Shown here piece after piece: positions 49,078 to 59,020 of a stretch of DNA of 64,000 bases. The notes under the pieces are model-generated. The model saw nothing but the letters and a program-made list of their open reading frames with translations, made no database searches and was not told the DNA's origin. The translations under genes were made by a program, and so were the position numbers. The DNA lies in the NCBI GenBank assembly GCA_963705305.1, contig OY970067.1:2528001-2592000 (forward strand), in the 5' to 3' direction. Position 1 is the stretch's first letter. Each line of letters starts with the position of its first letter. Origin of the DNA: an uncultured Methylomirabilota bacterium (GTDB lineage Bacteria; Methylomirabilota; Methylomirabilia; Methylomirabilales; 2-02-FULL-66-22).

Positions 49078-51591
49078 TCAGGCCACCAGTCCCAGCTTTC
49101 CCTCGTAGATGAACGTCCGGGCGTTCTCGGCGATCACCTCGGGATCAACCTGCAGCCGGGCCACACCGGTCTCCATGGCGGCCGTGGCCACCGCCTTGGC
49201 GACGGCCACCGGCACGCGGAAGTCCAGCATGTAGGGCAGGATGTACTCCGGCTTCAGCTCCTTCGCGCTCACCAGGTTCGCGATGGCGTGGGCCGCCGCG
49301 ATCTTCATGGCGTCGTTGATCTCGCGGGCGCGGACATCCAGGGCGCCGCGGAAGATGCCCGGGAAGCCCAGGGAGTTGTTCACCTGGTTCTCGAAGTCCG
49401 ACCGGCCGGTGGCCACCACGGCGGCCCCGCCGGCCTTGGCCTCCTCCGGAAAGATCTCGGGGACGGGGTTCGCCATGGCGAAAATGATGGGGTCCTTCGC
49501 CATCGTCCGCACCATCTCCGGGGTCACCGCCTTGGCCACCGAGAGCCCGACGAACACGTCGGCCCCCACCAGGGCGTCGGCCAGCGCGCCGCTGCGGCGC
49601 TCCTTGTTCGTGATGCAGGCCATCTCGGCCTTGACCGGGTTCATCCCCTTGGGCCGCCCTTCGACCACGATCCCCTGGCTGTCGCACAGGATCAGGTCCT
49701 TCACGCCGACCTTCAGGAACAGCCGGGCCACGGCGATGGAGGCGGCCCCGGCCCCGTTCAGGACCACGCGGGCGTCGGCCACGCTCCGCCCGGTGATCTT
49801 CAGGGCGTTCAGGAGCGCTGCCAGCACGATGACCGCCGTCCCGTGCTGGTCGTCGTGCATGACCGGGATATCCAGCTCTTTCTTGAGCCGGTCCTCGACC
49901 GCGAAGCAGCGCGGTGCGGCAATGTCCTCCAGATTGATGCCGCCGAAGACCGGGGAGATGGCCTTGACCACCGCCACGATCTCCTCGACGTCCTGGGTGG
50001 CGATGCAGACCGGGAAGGCCTCCACGCCGCCGAAGGTCTTGAAGAGCACGGCCTTGCCCTCCATGACGGGCATGGCGGCCCGGGCGCCAATGTTGCCGAG
50101 ACCAAGGACCGCGCTCCCGTCCGAGACCACCGCCACCAGGTTCCCCTTGGCGGTGAGGTCGTAGACCTTGGCCGGGTCCTTCAGGATGGCCTCGGCGGGC
50201 AGCGTCGAGCCGGGGGGCAGGTACAGCAGGCTCAAGATGTTGGCGTCCCGGATGGGCACTTTGCTCACCACCTGGAGCTTCCCGCGGAAGCGGCGATGCA
50301 GGTCCAGGGCTTCCTCTTTTTGCGTGAGCGGCTTTCCGGCGGCTCGGGGCTCGACCGGGAAGCTGCCCTCGTAGATAAAGCGGCGCGTCCGCTCGGCAAT
50401 GCGCTCGGGGTCCATCTCTTTGCGGGCTTCTCCCGTGGCCATGGCAACCCGGGCCACCGCCGCGGCCAAGGTCGGCGCCACGCGAAAGTCGAACACCGCC
50501 GGCACGATCCGCTCGGCGGAGCATTCCGACTGGGGCACCAGCCCCGCCAGAGCGTCCGCGGCCGCCAGCAGCATCTGGGTGGTGACGTTGCGGGCCTGGA
50601 CGTCCAGCAGCCCGCGCAGCACCCCCGGGAAGACCAGCGCGATATCGAGCTGGTTCGGGTAGTCGCAGAGCGCCGTGGCCACGATCTTGGCGCCGGCCCG
50701 CTTGGCCTCAGCCGGCGAGATCTCCGGTGTGGGGACGGCGAGGGCGAAGAGGATGGGATCGGCCGCCATGCGCGACACCATCTCGGGCGTGAGAATCTGG
50801 GGGGCCGAGAGGCCGATGAAGACGTCCGCGCCTATGATCGCCTTGGCCAGCGGTCCATCCACGTTCTCCGGGTTGGTCTGGCGGGCGATCTCGGCCTTGA
50901 CCCAGTTCATATCGCTCGGCCGGTAGGTGTGGACGGCCCCCGCCCGGTCACAGACGACAATGTGGCGAGCCCCTGCCGCGAGCAGGAGTCGCACCACACC
51001 GACGCCAGCCGCACCCGCCCCGCAGACGACGATTCGCGCGTCCTCCAATCGCTTGCCCACCTGGGGCAGGGCATTCTTCAGACCGGCCAGGACCATGATG
51101 CCGGCCCCATGAGCATGATTGTGAAAGACGGGAACGTTCACGGCGCGCTGGAGGTGGTCCTCCAAGGAGAAACAGCGAGGAGAGACGATGTCCTCCAGGC
51201 AGAAGGCGCCGAAGGTCGGAGCCAGCATGGTGACGGCCTGGATCATGTCGTAGAGGGACTCGGCCTTCAGACACATGGGCAGGGCATCGATGCCGGCGAA
51301 CGTCTTGAAAATGACCGACTTTCCCTCCATGGCAGGGAGCGCGGCCTCGGGTCCGGCCTGCCCCAGGCCGAAGAGGGCCGAGCCATCGGTGATCAGCCCC
51401 ACGGTGTTGCCCCGGCAGGTGTACTCGAACGAGTTCTTGGGATCCCGGAAGATCTCCATGCAGGGCTCGGCGACTCCGGGTGTGTACACCAGACTGAGTG
51501 TGCCCCGGTCCTTGACAGGCACCTTGCTCTCCACCCCAATCAGGCCACGGTGTCGACGGCGGTACTCCAGCGCATCATTTTCTACGGTCAT
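49078..51591 (-). CDS. Malic enzyme, tandem duplication of two small-type ME units
   Basis: Two repeats of DGSA..GLG..MEGK..FK..LEDI..GAGAA; 837 aa; no Pta domain. Confidence 0.9.
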   Translation of the reverse strand: MTVENDALEYRRRHRGLIGVESKVPVKDRGTLSLVYTPGVAEPCMEIFRDPKNSFEYTCRGNTVGLITDGSALFGLGQAGPEAALPAMEGKSVIFKTFAGIDALPMCLKAESLYDMIQAVTMLAPTFGAFCLEDIVSPRCFSLEDHLQRAVNVPVFHNHAHGAGIMVLAGLKNALPQVGKRLEDARIVVCGAGAAGVGVVRLLLAAGARHIVVCDRAGAVHTYRPSDMNWVKAEIARQTNPENVDGPLAKAIIGADVFIGLSAPQILTPEMVSRMAADPILFALAVPTPEISPAEAKRAGAKIVATALCDYPNQLDIALVFPGVLRGLLDVQARNVTTQMLLAAADALAGLVPQSECSAERIVPAVFDFRVAPTLAAAVARVAMATGEARKEMDPERIAERTRRFIYEGSFPVEPRAAGKPLTQKEEALDLHRRFRGKLQVVSKVPIRDANILSLLYLPPGSTLPAEAILKDPAKVYDLTAKGNLVAVVSDGSAVLGLGNIGARAAMPVMEGKAVLFKTFGGVEAFPVCIATQDVEEIVAVVKAISPVFGGINLEDIAAPRCFAVEDRLKKELDIPVMHDDQHGTAVIVLAALLNALKITGRSVADARVVLNGAGAASIAVARLFLKVGVKDLILCDSQGIVVEGRPKGMNPVKAEMACITNKERRSGALADALVGADVFVGLSVAKAVTPEMVRTMAKDPIIFAMANPVPEIFPEEAKAGGAAVVATGRSDFENQVNNSLGFPGIFRGALDVRAREINDAMKIAAAHAIANLVSAKELKPEYILPYMLDFRVPVAVAKAVATAAMETGVARLQVDPEVIAENARTFIYEGKLGLVA

Positions 51592-52117
51592 CTTCGGCTC
51601 CTCCTGAGGAGGACGGCTCTTCCTGTGTCCTCCGCGATTCCATGGATCTCGGCTCCGCGGTGTATGGGCGAGACGGTCCCGCCCATTCTCCTGCCCGCGG
51701 TGACCACTGTCGGCCTTCTCCTATATGAAAAAAAGCAATCTCCCATCCTGCAGTATCTTATTCCCAGGTGAGAGAGGTGGGATACGCCAAACACGGCCAG
51801 TGGGAAATCGAACACACACGCATCCCCGATTGAAAATACCCGCAATTCCGATACCAAGGGGTTCGATGCTCCTCCAGAGATTTCGAGAGGGGGCGAAAGG
51901 GCCATCTGCAACCTTCATCTATCGAGACTTGCGAGCCCAGAAGGGAATCCGCCCCCGCGCGCGGGCGGGTTCGATCTGGATGAATTCTCCCGGGAGGACC
52001 CGCTGGCTGAGGCAAATTGGTCCAAATTTGGGCCACAACGCCTCGCAGAGCGCGGCCGGCCCCTGGCGATGCCCTGCAGATTCTGCTGACGACGGAGGGA
52101 GGAGAGGGAAGCGGACG

Positions 52118-52447
52118 TTATTTCTCCGCTTCCTGATCCGACGATTCGTCCAATGTGTCCGCCGTGTCTCGCGGCGTGTCACCGGACGGAGCAGCATCCG
52201 GGGGATCCGTATACGGGAGGAGCAGGAGCCCTTCCTGCAACTTTCGCAGGAGCTCGTCCGCCTCGGCTTGGGTGAAGGTGCTCTCCTGGACCGCCAGAAC
52301 AGCAATCTGATCCCAGGCCGGAGCGCTGCCCGACGAGTCGGCCTGTCCGGACATCCGGCGCCGGTCCTCCACCAATCGCTGGTACACCAGGTCTGCCAGC
52401 GAATCGGAGGCACGCTCGATGAGCTGTTTCAACAAGGCATCCGGCAT
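52118..52447 (-). CDS. Hypothetical protein
   Basis: Helical-looking 109 aa ORF; possible TTGACT-N16-TACATT promoter near 52630-52657. Confidence 0.35.
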   Translation of the reverse strand: MPDALLKQLIERASDSLADLVYQRLVEDRRRMSGQADSSGSAPAWDQIAVLAVQESTFTQAEADELLRKLQEGLLLLPYTDPPDAAPSGDTPRDTADTLDESSDQEAEK

Positions 52448-52768
52448 GGTCGCCCATTTCATGGAATGCGAATGCCGCGGTCCCCTAAAAACACAAACGC
52501 CTCAGCAACGGTCGCTGGCGACCGTCCTGAGGCCGCTGCCTCCTTCCGGAGGAGGCGACGTTAGGGGTCCGGCCCGGGGCCTCCCGACTGCCTCGCACAT
52601 GGGGAATCCTCGCTCAGCTCTCATACAGTAATGTAGGCTTCAGCGCCCCACAGTCAAGGCATACCGGCTCCCCGGCAGGGGGTCCACGGGATACGGGTGT
52701 GAGGGGGCCGGCGCCGCGGACGGGAAGGGGACAGCGTGCCCGCGGTGGCGGCCCTGCGGACCCGGGAC

Positions 52769-54133
52769 TCAGTCCTCGCCCAGCTTGATATGGTACCGGC
52801 GGATCTTGCGGTAGAGGGTCCGGCGGTCGATCCCCAGGATGGAGGCGGCGCGGATCTGATGCCCCTTGGTGCGCCGGAGAATCATGGCGATGTAATCCCT
52901 CTCCAGATCCTCCAGCGTGGCCTCTTTGGCCAGGGCGCGCTCCAGCGGATCGGTGCCGCCGGCCAGGTGGGGGGGGAGGTCGCCCGGCTGGATGGCGGGG
53001 TCGCGTCCCAGGGTCACCGCCCGCTCGATGATATTCTCCAGCTCGCGGACGTTGCCGGGCCAGCCGTAGCTCAGGAGGATGGCCATGGCCTCCTTGGAGA
53101 TCTCCCGGATATTGGGGTTGGATTCCTGCGAGAACTTCTGCATGAAGTGATTGGCCAGCAGCGGGATGTCCTCCTGCCGATCCTTGAGATCCGGCAGGGT
53201 GATGGGCACGACATTCAGCCGGTAGTACAGATCCTCCCGGAAGCTCCCCTCCTCCACGGCCTTCTTCAGGTCCCGGTTGGTGGCGGCGATGACCCGGACG
53301 TCGATCTTGATGGTCCGGGTCCCCCCCACCCGCTCGATCTCCCGCTCCTGGAGGGCGCGGAGGATCTTCGCCTGGAGGTCCAGGCGCATGGAGCCCACCT
53401 CGTCCAGGAACAGGCTCCCCCCGGTGGCGAGCTCGAACTTCCCCACCTTGGTGGCGATGGCCCCGGTGAAGGCCCCCTTCTCATGGCCGAACAGCTCCGA
53501 CTCCAGGAGCTCGGAGGGGATGGCGGCGCAGTTGACGGCGACGAAGGCCTTGGAAACCCGCGGGCTGTTGTAGTGGACGGCCTTGGCCACCAGCTCCTTT
53601 CCCGTCCCGCTCTTGCCGTAGACCATCACGGTGCTGCGGCTGCCCGCCACCTGCTCGATCAGGCCGAACACCTCCTGCATGGCGCGGCTCTTCCCGATCA
53701 GGTTCTCGAAATGGTAGCGCGTGCGGAGCTCCTGCCGCAGGCTGCTCACCTCGTGCCGCAGCCGCCGCTCCTCCAGGGCCTTGTCGATGGTCAGGAGCAT
53801 CTCGTCGATCTTGAAGGGCTTGTTGATGTAGTCGTATGCTCCTTCCTTCACGGCCTGCACCGCCTGGTCGATGGACCCGAAGGCCGTCATGATGATGACA
53901 ACGGTGTCCGGATTCAGCTCCTTGATGGCCTTCAGCGCGTCCATGCCGCTCATCCCCGGCATGCGGACGTCCGTCACGACCAGATCCATGGGCTCTTTCT
54001 CGAGCACGGCCAGGGCTTCCGCCCCGTCCCCGCAGGCCGCGACCTGATAGCCGCTCTTGTCCAGGACCTTGGCCAGCAGGCCCCGCATCTGCTCTTCGTC
54101 GTCCACAACCAGGATGCGCGCTTTCGTCGTCAT
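52769..54133 (-). CDS. NtrC/AtoC-family sigma54-dependent response regulator
   Basis: ILVVDDE, GKSGTGKE, GAFTGA, WPGNVREL, HTH ILGIDRRTLYRK. Confidence 0.95.
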   Translation of the reverse strand: MTTKARILVVDDEEQMRGLLAKVLDKSGYQVAACGDGAEALAVLEKEPMDLVVTDVRMPGMSGMDALKAIKELNPDTVVIIMTAFGSIDQAVQAVKEGAYDYINKPFKIDEMLLTIDKALEERRLRHEVSSLRQELRTRYHFENLIGKSRAMQEVFGLIEQVAGSRSTVMVYGKSGTGKELVAKAVHYNSPRVSKAFVAVNCAAIPSELLESELFGHEKGAFTGAIATKVGKFELATGGSLFLDEVGSMRLDLQAKILRALQEREIERVGGTRTIKIDVRVIAATNRDLKKAVEEGSFREDLYYRLNVVPITLPDLKDRQEDIPLLANHFMQKFSQESNPNIREISKEAMAILLSYGWPGNVRELENIIERAVTLGRDPAIQPGDLPPHLAGGTDPLERALAKEATLEDLERDYIAMILRRTKGHQIRAASILGIDRRTLYRKIRRYHIKLGED

Positions 54134-55959
54134 GCGATCTGTCCCTCGGCAGGCAGCCAAATAGTGAAGGTGGTCCCCCGACCGACCTGGCTGGACACCT
54201 CGACGCTCCCGTGGTGATCCTCCACGATGCGCCGGCTGATGGCCAGCCCCAGGCCGGTTCCCTTGCCGACCCCCTTGGTGCTGAAGAACGGGTCGAAGAT
54301 CCGCGGCAGGTGCTCGGCGGGAATGCCGGTGCCGGTATCGGCGATACTGATCTCCACGCCTCGCGGCGCGGGGCGGCCTCCGCGTCGGGGTCGATCTCCC
54401 GGGGGCGTGGCGCGGGTCGCCAGGGCCAGGCTGCCGCCGTCCGGCATGGCATGCCAGGCGTTGATGATGATGTTGAGAAACGCCTGCTCCAGCTGGTTGG
54501 TGTCGCCGATGATGGCGGGGAGATCGGACTGGAAATCGGTGCGGACCGCGATGTGGCCTTTGGCGATCTGGTGCTCGGTGAGGCCGAGGACCTCGTGAAG
54601 CAGGTCGTTCAACTTGACCGGCTCCAGCTCCATCCGCGCCGGGCGCGCGAAGTTGAGCAGCTGCTGGATCAGCTTGGTGATTCGGTCCGTCTGGGCAATG
54701 ATGATCTCCAGTTCCTGCGGGCGAGGCCGCTCGGCTCCCCACTCCATCATCAGGTACTCGGCGGAGCCGGAGATCACGTTCAACGGGGTGCCGATCTGGT
54801 GGGCGATCCCCGCCGCCAACTGCCCAACCACGGCCAGCTTCTCCGCCTGCTGCACCTCCTGGGCCAGCGATACGCGATCGGTCACGTCCTCGATGGCCAG
54901 CACGGCGCCGTCCGTCTCGCCTGCGGGACTCCGTAGGGCGCTGCCGCGGATGTTCAGGACCACCCGTCCGCGATGGAGTGTCTCGTGGTCGAAGTAACGC
55001 AGGGTGAACTCCCGAGTCTCGCCCCGCAAGAGCCGGTCGAGCTCCGCCCGGAGGCCCTCCCGCTCCAGGGCGGGGAAGGCCTCAAACAGGCCGCGGCCCA
55101 TCACGGCGGGCTCGGCGATGCCGTACCGCTCGGTCATGGCCCGATTCCAGGTTCGGATGCGGCAGTGGCGGTCCACACCGATGATGCCATCGGTGATGCC
55201 CTGGATCACGTTGTAGGCGTTGGCGCTCTCCTGGACCAGCCGCTGGCGCGCCTCTTCCAGGTGGACGGCGAGGAGGTTGAATTCTCTGGCCAGCCGCGCG
55301 ACCTCGTCCTGTCCCGGCACCTCGACTTCGGCGGGCACCTGGCCCCGGCCGAGGGTGGCCACGCGCTCCATCAGTCTTGCCAGCGGCGCCGTGACCGTGC
55401 GCCGGATGGTGAGGGTGATGAGCACGATCAGGGCTACGGAGATCACCGCCAGCAGGCCCAAAAAGTAGTTCCGCTCGCGGGCGAGACTGTCCTGGATCTC
55501 CTCGAGACTCACCGACACCTTGAGGCCGCCCAGGACGGCGCCATCGGCCGTCAAGGCCACCAGCTGGCTGCGAAGCGGGACGCCCCCCAGCTGCTCCACC
55601 ACGCCGGCCCCCCGGGGGACGCCGCTCACGGTGGTCAGCTCCCCGCGGCTGACGGGTGGGGCGTCGGCACTCAGTCCCCAGCGCAGGATGGGGCGGCCGG
55701 ACGCGTCGTAAACGACCAGGCCGAACCGGCCGGGCGCCAGGCTGGAGCGCTCGACGATGGTCAGGAAATCGGCCGCATTCTGACGGCGGAGGGCATCGGC
55801 GACGGGGATCGCCATGGTGTTGGCGATGCGCTCGGCCTCGCCCCAGATCTCCTGCTGCTGGAGGTGCTGAACGCGCTTCAAAGTGATAACCGAGAAGACG
55901 GCCAGGACCAGGAGGATCGGGATCAGGACCCAGAGCGTGACCTTGGCGCCGAGGCTCAT
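54130..55959 (-). CDS. Sensor histidine kinase (2 TM, HAMP, PAS, HisKA, HATPase)
   Basis: AHQIGTPL, NIIINA, DTGTG, DPFFSTK, GTGLGL; overlaps neighbouring genes by 4 bp. Confidence 0.9.
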   Translation of the reverse strand: MSLGAKVTLWVLIPILLVLAVFSVITLKRVQHLQQQEIWGEAERIANTMAIPVADALRRQNAADFLTIVERSSLAPGRFGLVVYDASGRPILRWGLSADAPPVSRGELTTVSGVPRGAGVVEQLGGVPLRSQLVALTADGAVLGGLKVSVSLEEIQDSLARERNYFLGLLAVISVALIVLITLTIRRTVTAPLARLMERVATLGRGQVPAEVEVPGQDEVARLAREFNLLAVHLEEARQRLVQESANAYNVIQGITDGIIGVDRHCRIRTWNRAMTERYGIAEPAVMGRGLFEAFPALEREGLRAELDRLLRGETREFTLRYFDHETLHRGRVVLNIRGSALRSPAGETDGAVLAIEDVTDRVSLAQEVQQAEKLAVVGQLAAGIAHQIGTPLNVISGSAEYLMMEWGAERPRPQELEIIIAQTDRITKLIQQLLNFARPARMELEPVKLNDLLHEVLGLTEHQIAKGHIAVRTDFQSDLPAIIGDTNQLEQAFLNIIINAWHAMPDGGSLALATRATPPGDRPRRGGRPAPRGVEISIADTGTGIPAEHLPRIFDPFFSTKGVGKGTGLGLAISRRIVEDHHGSVEVSSQVGRGTTFTIWLPAEGQIA

Positions 55960-56742
55960 GCCTGCCCTCCGGGGTCGGGGAGACCGAAGGCGCGGCAGGC
56001 GTTCCTGGCCGTGAGCTGTCCGACACGCTCCGGGCTCCATCCCCACGCGGCGGCCAAGGCCTCCGCGACGAGACGGAGAAAGGCGGGCTCGTTCCGCCGG
56101 CCGCGATGCGGGACCGGCGGCAGGTAGGGCGCGTCGGTTTCTATGAGGATCCGGTCTTTGGGCGCCTCTGCGGCCAACTGCCGCAGACCGTTGGCGGACG
56201 GGTAGGTGAGGGGGCCGGCCAGCGACGTGTAATAGCCCCGGGCCCACGCCTCGTGCGCGACGGCATGGTCTCCCTGGAAGCAATGCAGGATCACGGCGGG
56301 CAGCCCCGTTGCTTCCTGGCCGAGGAGCCGCAGGTTGTCCACGTGGGCGTCGCGCGTGTGGACCACCAGGGGGCGGCCCAGCTCCTTGGCCAGGCGGACC
56401 TGGGCCCGGAAGGCGGCTGCTTGCCTCTCGCGGGGCGCCAGGTCCCGGAAATAGTCCAAACCCGTCTCGCCGATGCCGACGACGCGGGGATGCGCCGCCA
56501 AGGTCTCCAGGACCTGCATGGCGTCCGGCTCGAACGTCCTGCGCGTGGTGCGGGTGGATGCCGACGCAGGCGAGAATCCCATCCTCCTGTTCGGCCAGCG
56601 AAACGGCCTGCCGGCTGGAGGCCAGATCATATCCGACGGCGATCACGCAAGAGACGCCGGCCGCCCTGGCCCGCGCCAGGACTTCCGGTCTGTCCCGGTC
56701 GAAGTCGGACATATAGGGGTGAGAATGTGAGTCAAAAAACAC
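55956..56742 (-). pseudogene. tatD: TatD family hydrolase, frameshifted near 56540
   Basis: DSHSH..GIHPH in one frame; GETGLDY, HTRDA, HCF, ETDAPYL in another; one extra base. Confidence 0.85.
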
Positions 56743-56768
56743 CGCAGGACCCCCCTTCATCTCGGAGC

Positions 56769-56797
56769 ACTATAGCCGATGTGTCCCACCGTCGCAA
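56769..56797 (-). promoter_or_regulatory. Putative sigma70 promoter of tatD-kinase-regulator
   Basis: Minus strand TTGCGA-N17-TATAGT. Confidence 0.5.
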
Positions 56798-57205
56798 CCG
56801 GCGGTGCAGGCGTGTCTCAAATTGGACATGATGCCCCATTCCCGGGCGGATGCCGGCCGAAGGATGCTGCGGGAATCTGGTGCAGAAGGGCGGCTGGTTT
56901 CGGAGGGAAATGCGGAGTGCAACGGGAGACGGCAAGACCGTGTCCGCGTCGGTTCGGGTTCGCGCTGGCGGGTGAGACCTGCTATACTCCCGCCGCACAC
57001 GCACTCGGACGGAGGCGCCCATGGGCGGTTGCCGCGGCTGTCGGTCGTGCCCGTGCCCACGGATCGGGCGCCTGATCGGAACGCTGGGCGGCCTGGCCTG
57101 AGGCCGATGGCGGGCAGGCCGGCGGCGCCCGGCGGGTCCGCTCCTGATCAATGGGCGGGCGAGCAGCACTCCGTCCGAAACCCCTGAAACCGGAGGATGC
57201 AGGCA

Positions 57206-58606
57206 ATGCAGGCGATTACCATGTCCGAGCTGGTCAGCGATCTGAAGACCCTGGGCCTGACACAGGGGAAATCCCCGCGCCTGCCGGAGGGCGCCCGGCC
57301 CCCCGCCGCCATGCTGGACGGCTGGGCGCAGGCCGCGGCCCTGGCCGAGCCGGAGGTCCGCCAAGCGGCCATCTGGGCCATCCGCGAGGCCGCGCACGCG
57401 GCCGGCGTGGTGCCCGCCTCGATCCAGGACCTGTACCGCGCGCGGGGACAGGGGCGGTGGGGGGACCGCACCGTGCCGGCCATGAATCTGCGCGGGTGGA
57501 CCTACCAGACCTGCCGAGCCGCCTTTCGGGCGGCGCGCAAAATGGACGCGTCCCTCCTGGTCTTCGAGCAGGCTCTGGCCGAGGCGATCTATGCGGCGCA
57601 GCCGCCTGCAGAGTACACCGCCGGCGTGCTAGCCGCCGCGCTCCGCGAGGGACACCAGGGGCCGGTCTTCCTTCAGGCGGACCACGACCAGGTCAACGCC
57701 ACACGCTACGCGCAGGACCCTCGGGCGGAGACGCAGCGCCTGGCGGATGTGATTCGGGAGCAAGTTGCCGCCAGTTTTTTCAACATCGACGTCGACGCCT
57801 CCACCGTGGTGGACCTCGCCTTGCCGACGTTGGTGGAGCAGCAGCGGCTGAACGCCGAGCTCACGGCGCGGTTCACCCGGCTGGTGCGCGAGCTGGAGCC
57901 GCCGGGAGTGACGATCTCCGTGGGGGCCGAGATCGGCGAGGTGGGGGCGCACAACACCACGCCGGACGAGCTGAGGGCCTTCATGGCCACCTACCCGACG
58001 GCGCTGGCGGCCGCCGGCGGCGGGGCCGGGATCACCAAGGTCAGCGTGAACTCGGGCACCCACCACGGCGGCAAGGTCCTGCCGGACGGGAGCCTAGCCC
58101 GGGTAAACGTGGCCTTCGACACCCTCCGTGAGATCTCCCGGGTCGGTCGGGAGGAGTTCGGCTTGGCCGGGGCGGTGCAGCACGGGGCCTCGACCCTTCC
58201 CATGGAGACCTTCAGCAAATTCCCGGAGACCGGGACGGTGGAGATCCACCTGGCGCTAGGCTTCAACAACCTGATCTTCGATCATCCGCGGCTGCCCCAA
58301 GAGGTCAAGGATGAGATCCGGGCCTACATCTTCGCCCGCCACGCGGGGGAGCGGTCGCCCGGCCAGACCGAAGCCCAGTTCATCTACACGACCCGGAAGA
58401 AAGCCTGGGCGGGGATGAGGGCGCGCTTCTGGGGCTTGCCGGCCGATATCCAGGAGGCCATCATGGCCTCCCTGGAAGCGATGTTCGGCGAGATGTTTCA
58501 GCGGATGAAGGTCGGGGGGACCAACGAGTTGGTCGGGCGGCTCACGCCGGCGGTGCCGGTGCCCGTCCCCGTCCCACCGGCACTGGCCCAGGCGCTGGGC
58601 CGGTGA
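57206..58606 (+). CDS. Class II fructose-bisphosphate aldolase-like protein (long type)
   Basis: TVPAMN, FLQADH, NIDVDAS, GAEIGEVG, GTHHGG, VQHGAS; TGcTATACT extended -10 at 56980. Confidence 0.82.
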   Translation: MQAITMSELVSDLKTLGLTQGKSPRLPEGARPPAAMLDGWAQAAALAEPEVRQAAIWAIREAAHAAGVVPASIQDLYRARGQGRWGDRTVPAMNLRGWTYQTCRAAFRAARKMDASLLVFEQALAEAIYAAQPPAEYTAGVLAAALREGHQGPVFLQADHDQVNATRYAQDPRAETQRLADVIREQVAASFFNIDVDASTVVDLALPTLVEQQRLNAELTARFTRLVRELEPPGVTISVGAEIGEVGAHNTTPDELRAFMATYPTALAAAGGGAGITKVSVNSGTHHGGKVLPDGSLARVNVAFDTLREISRVGREEFGLAGAVQHGASTLPMETFSKFPETGTVEIHLALGFNNLIFDHPRLPQEVKDEIRAYIFARHAGERSPGQTEAQFIYTTRKKAWAGMRARFWGLPADIQEAIMASLEAMFGEMFQRMKVGGTNELVGRLTPAVPVPVPVPPALAQALGR

Positions 58607-58783
58607 ACGCCCTCCGGGTGCGGCCGCCGGCATCTCTTTCCATGCGTTCCGAGGCCGAAGTTCGGGTACGCCCCCGCCCGAGGCGGCGAATATGCCTCTG
58701 ATCCGGCCTGCCGTGAGCGCCGGGCACGTCCGCCGCGCGGGGGGGCACATCGACCAAGGCAAAACGGGCACGCTGGGGGATCC

Positions 58784-59020
58784 GGCCTGTACACGTTCCT
58801 GCTGGCCTGGAACGAGCTCCTGTTCGCGGTGGTGCTGATCGAATCCTGGGAGAAGCGGGTCATCACCATGGCGATTTACAGCCTGCTGGCGGAGTTCGTC
58901 ACGGAATGGAATGTGATGATGGCGTTCTCCGTCCTCGCCAGCGCCCTGCTGGTCGTTGCCTTCATCTTCCTCCAGCGGTACGTGGTCGCCGGCATGACGG
59001 CCGGAGCGATCAAGGCATGA
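58784..59020 (+). pseudogene. C-terminal fragment of a carbohydrate ABC transporter permease
   Basis: YTFLLAWNELLFA..WNVMMA..FLQRYVVAGMTAGAIK matches a MalG-type C-terminus; N-terminal part absent. Confidence 0.75.

Noticed and set aside
51734..51750. sigma54-like element upstream of the malic enzyme (CAGGATGGGAGATTGCT)
   Set aside because: GG-N10-GC spacing fits, but the -24 box is too poor to call
54130..56760. 876 aa apparent TatD-histidine kinase fusion ORF
   Set aside because: Artefact of the tatD frameshift; the middle section is off-frame and the kinase has its own ATG at 55959
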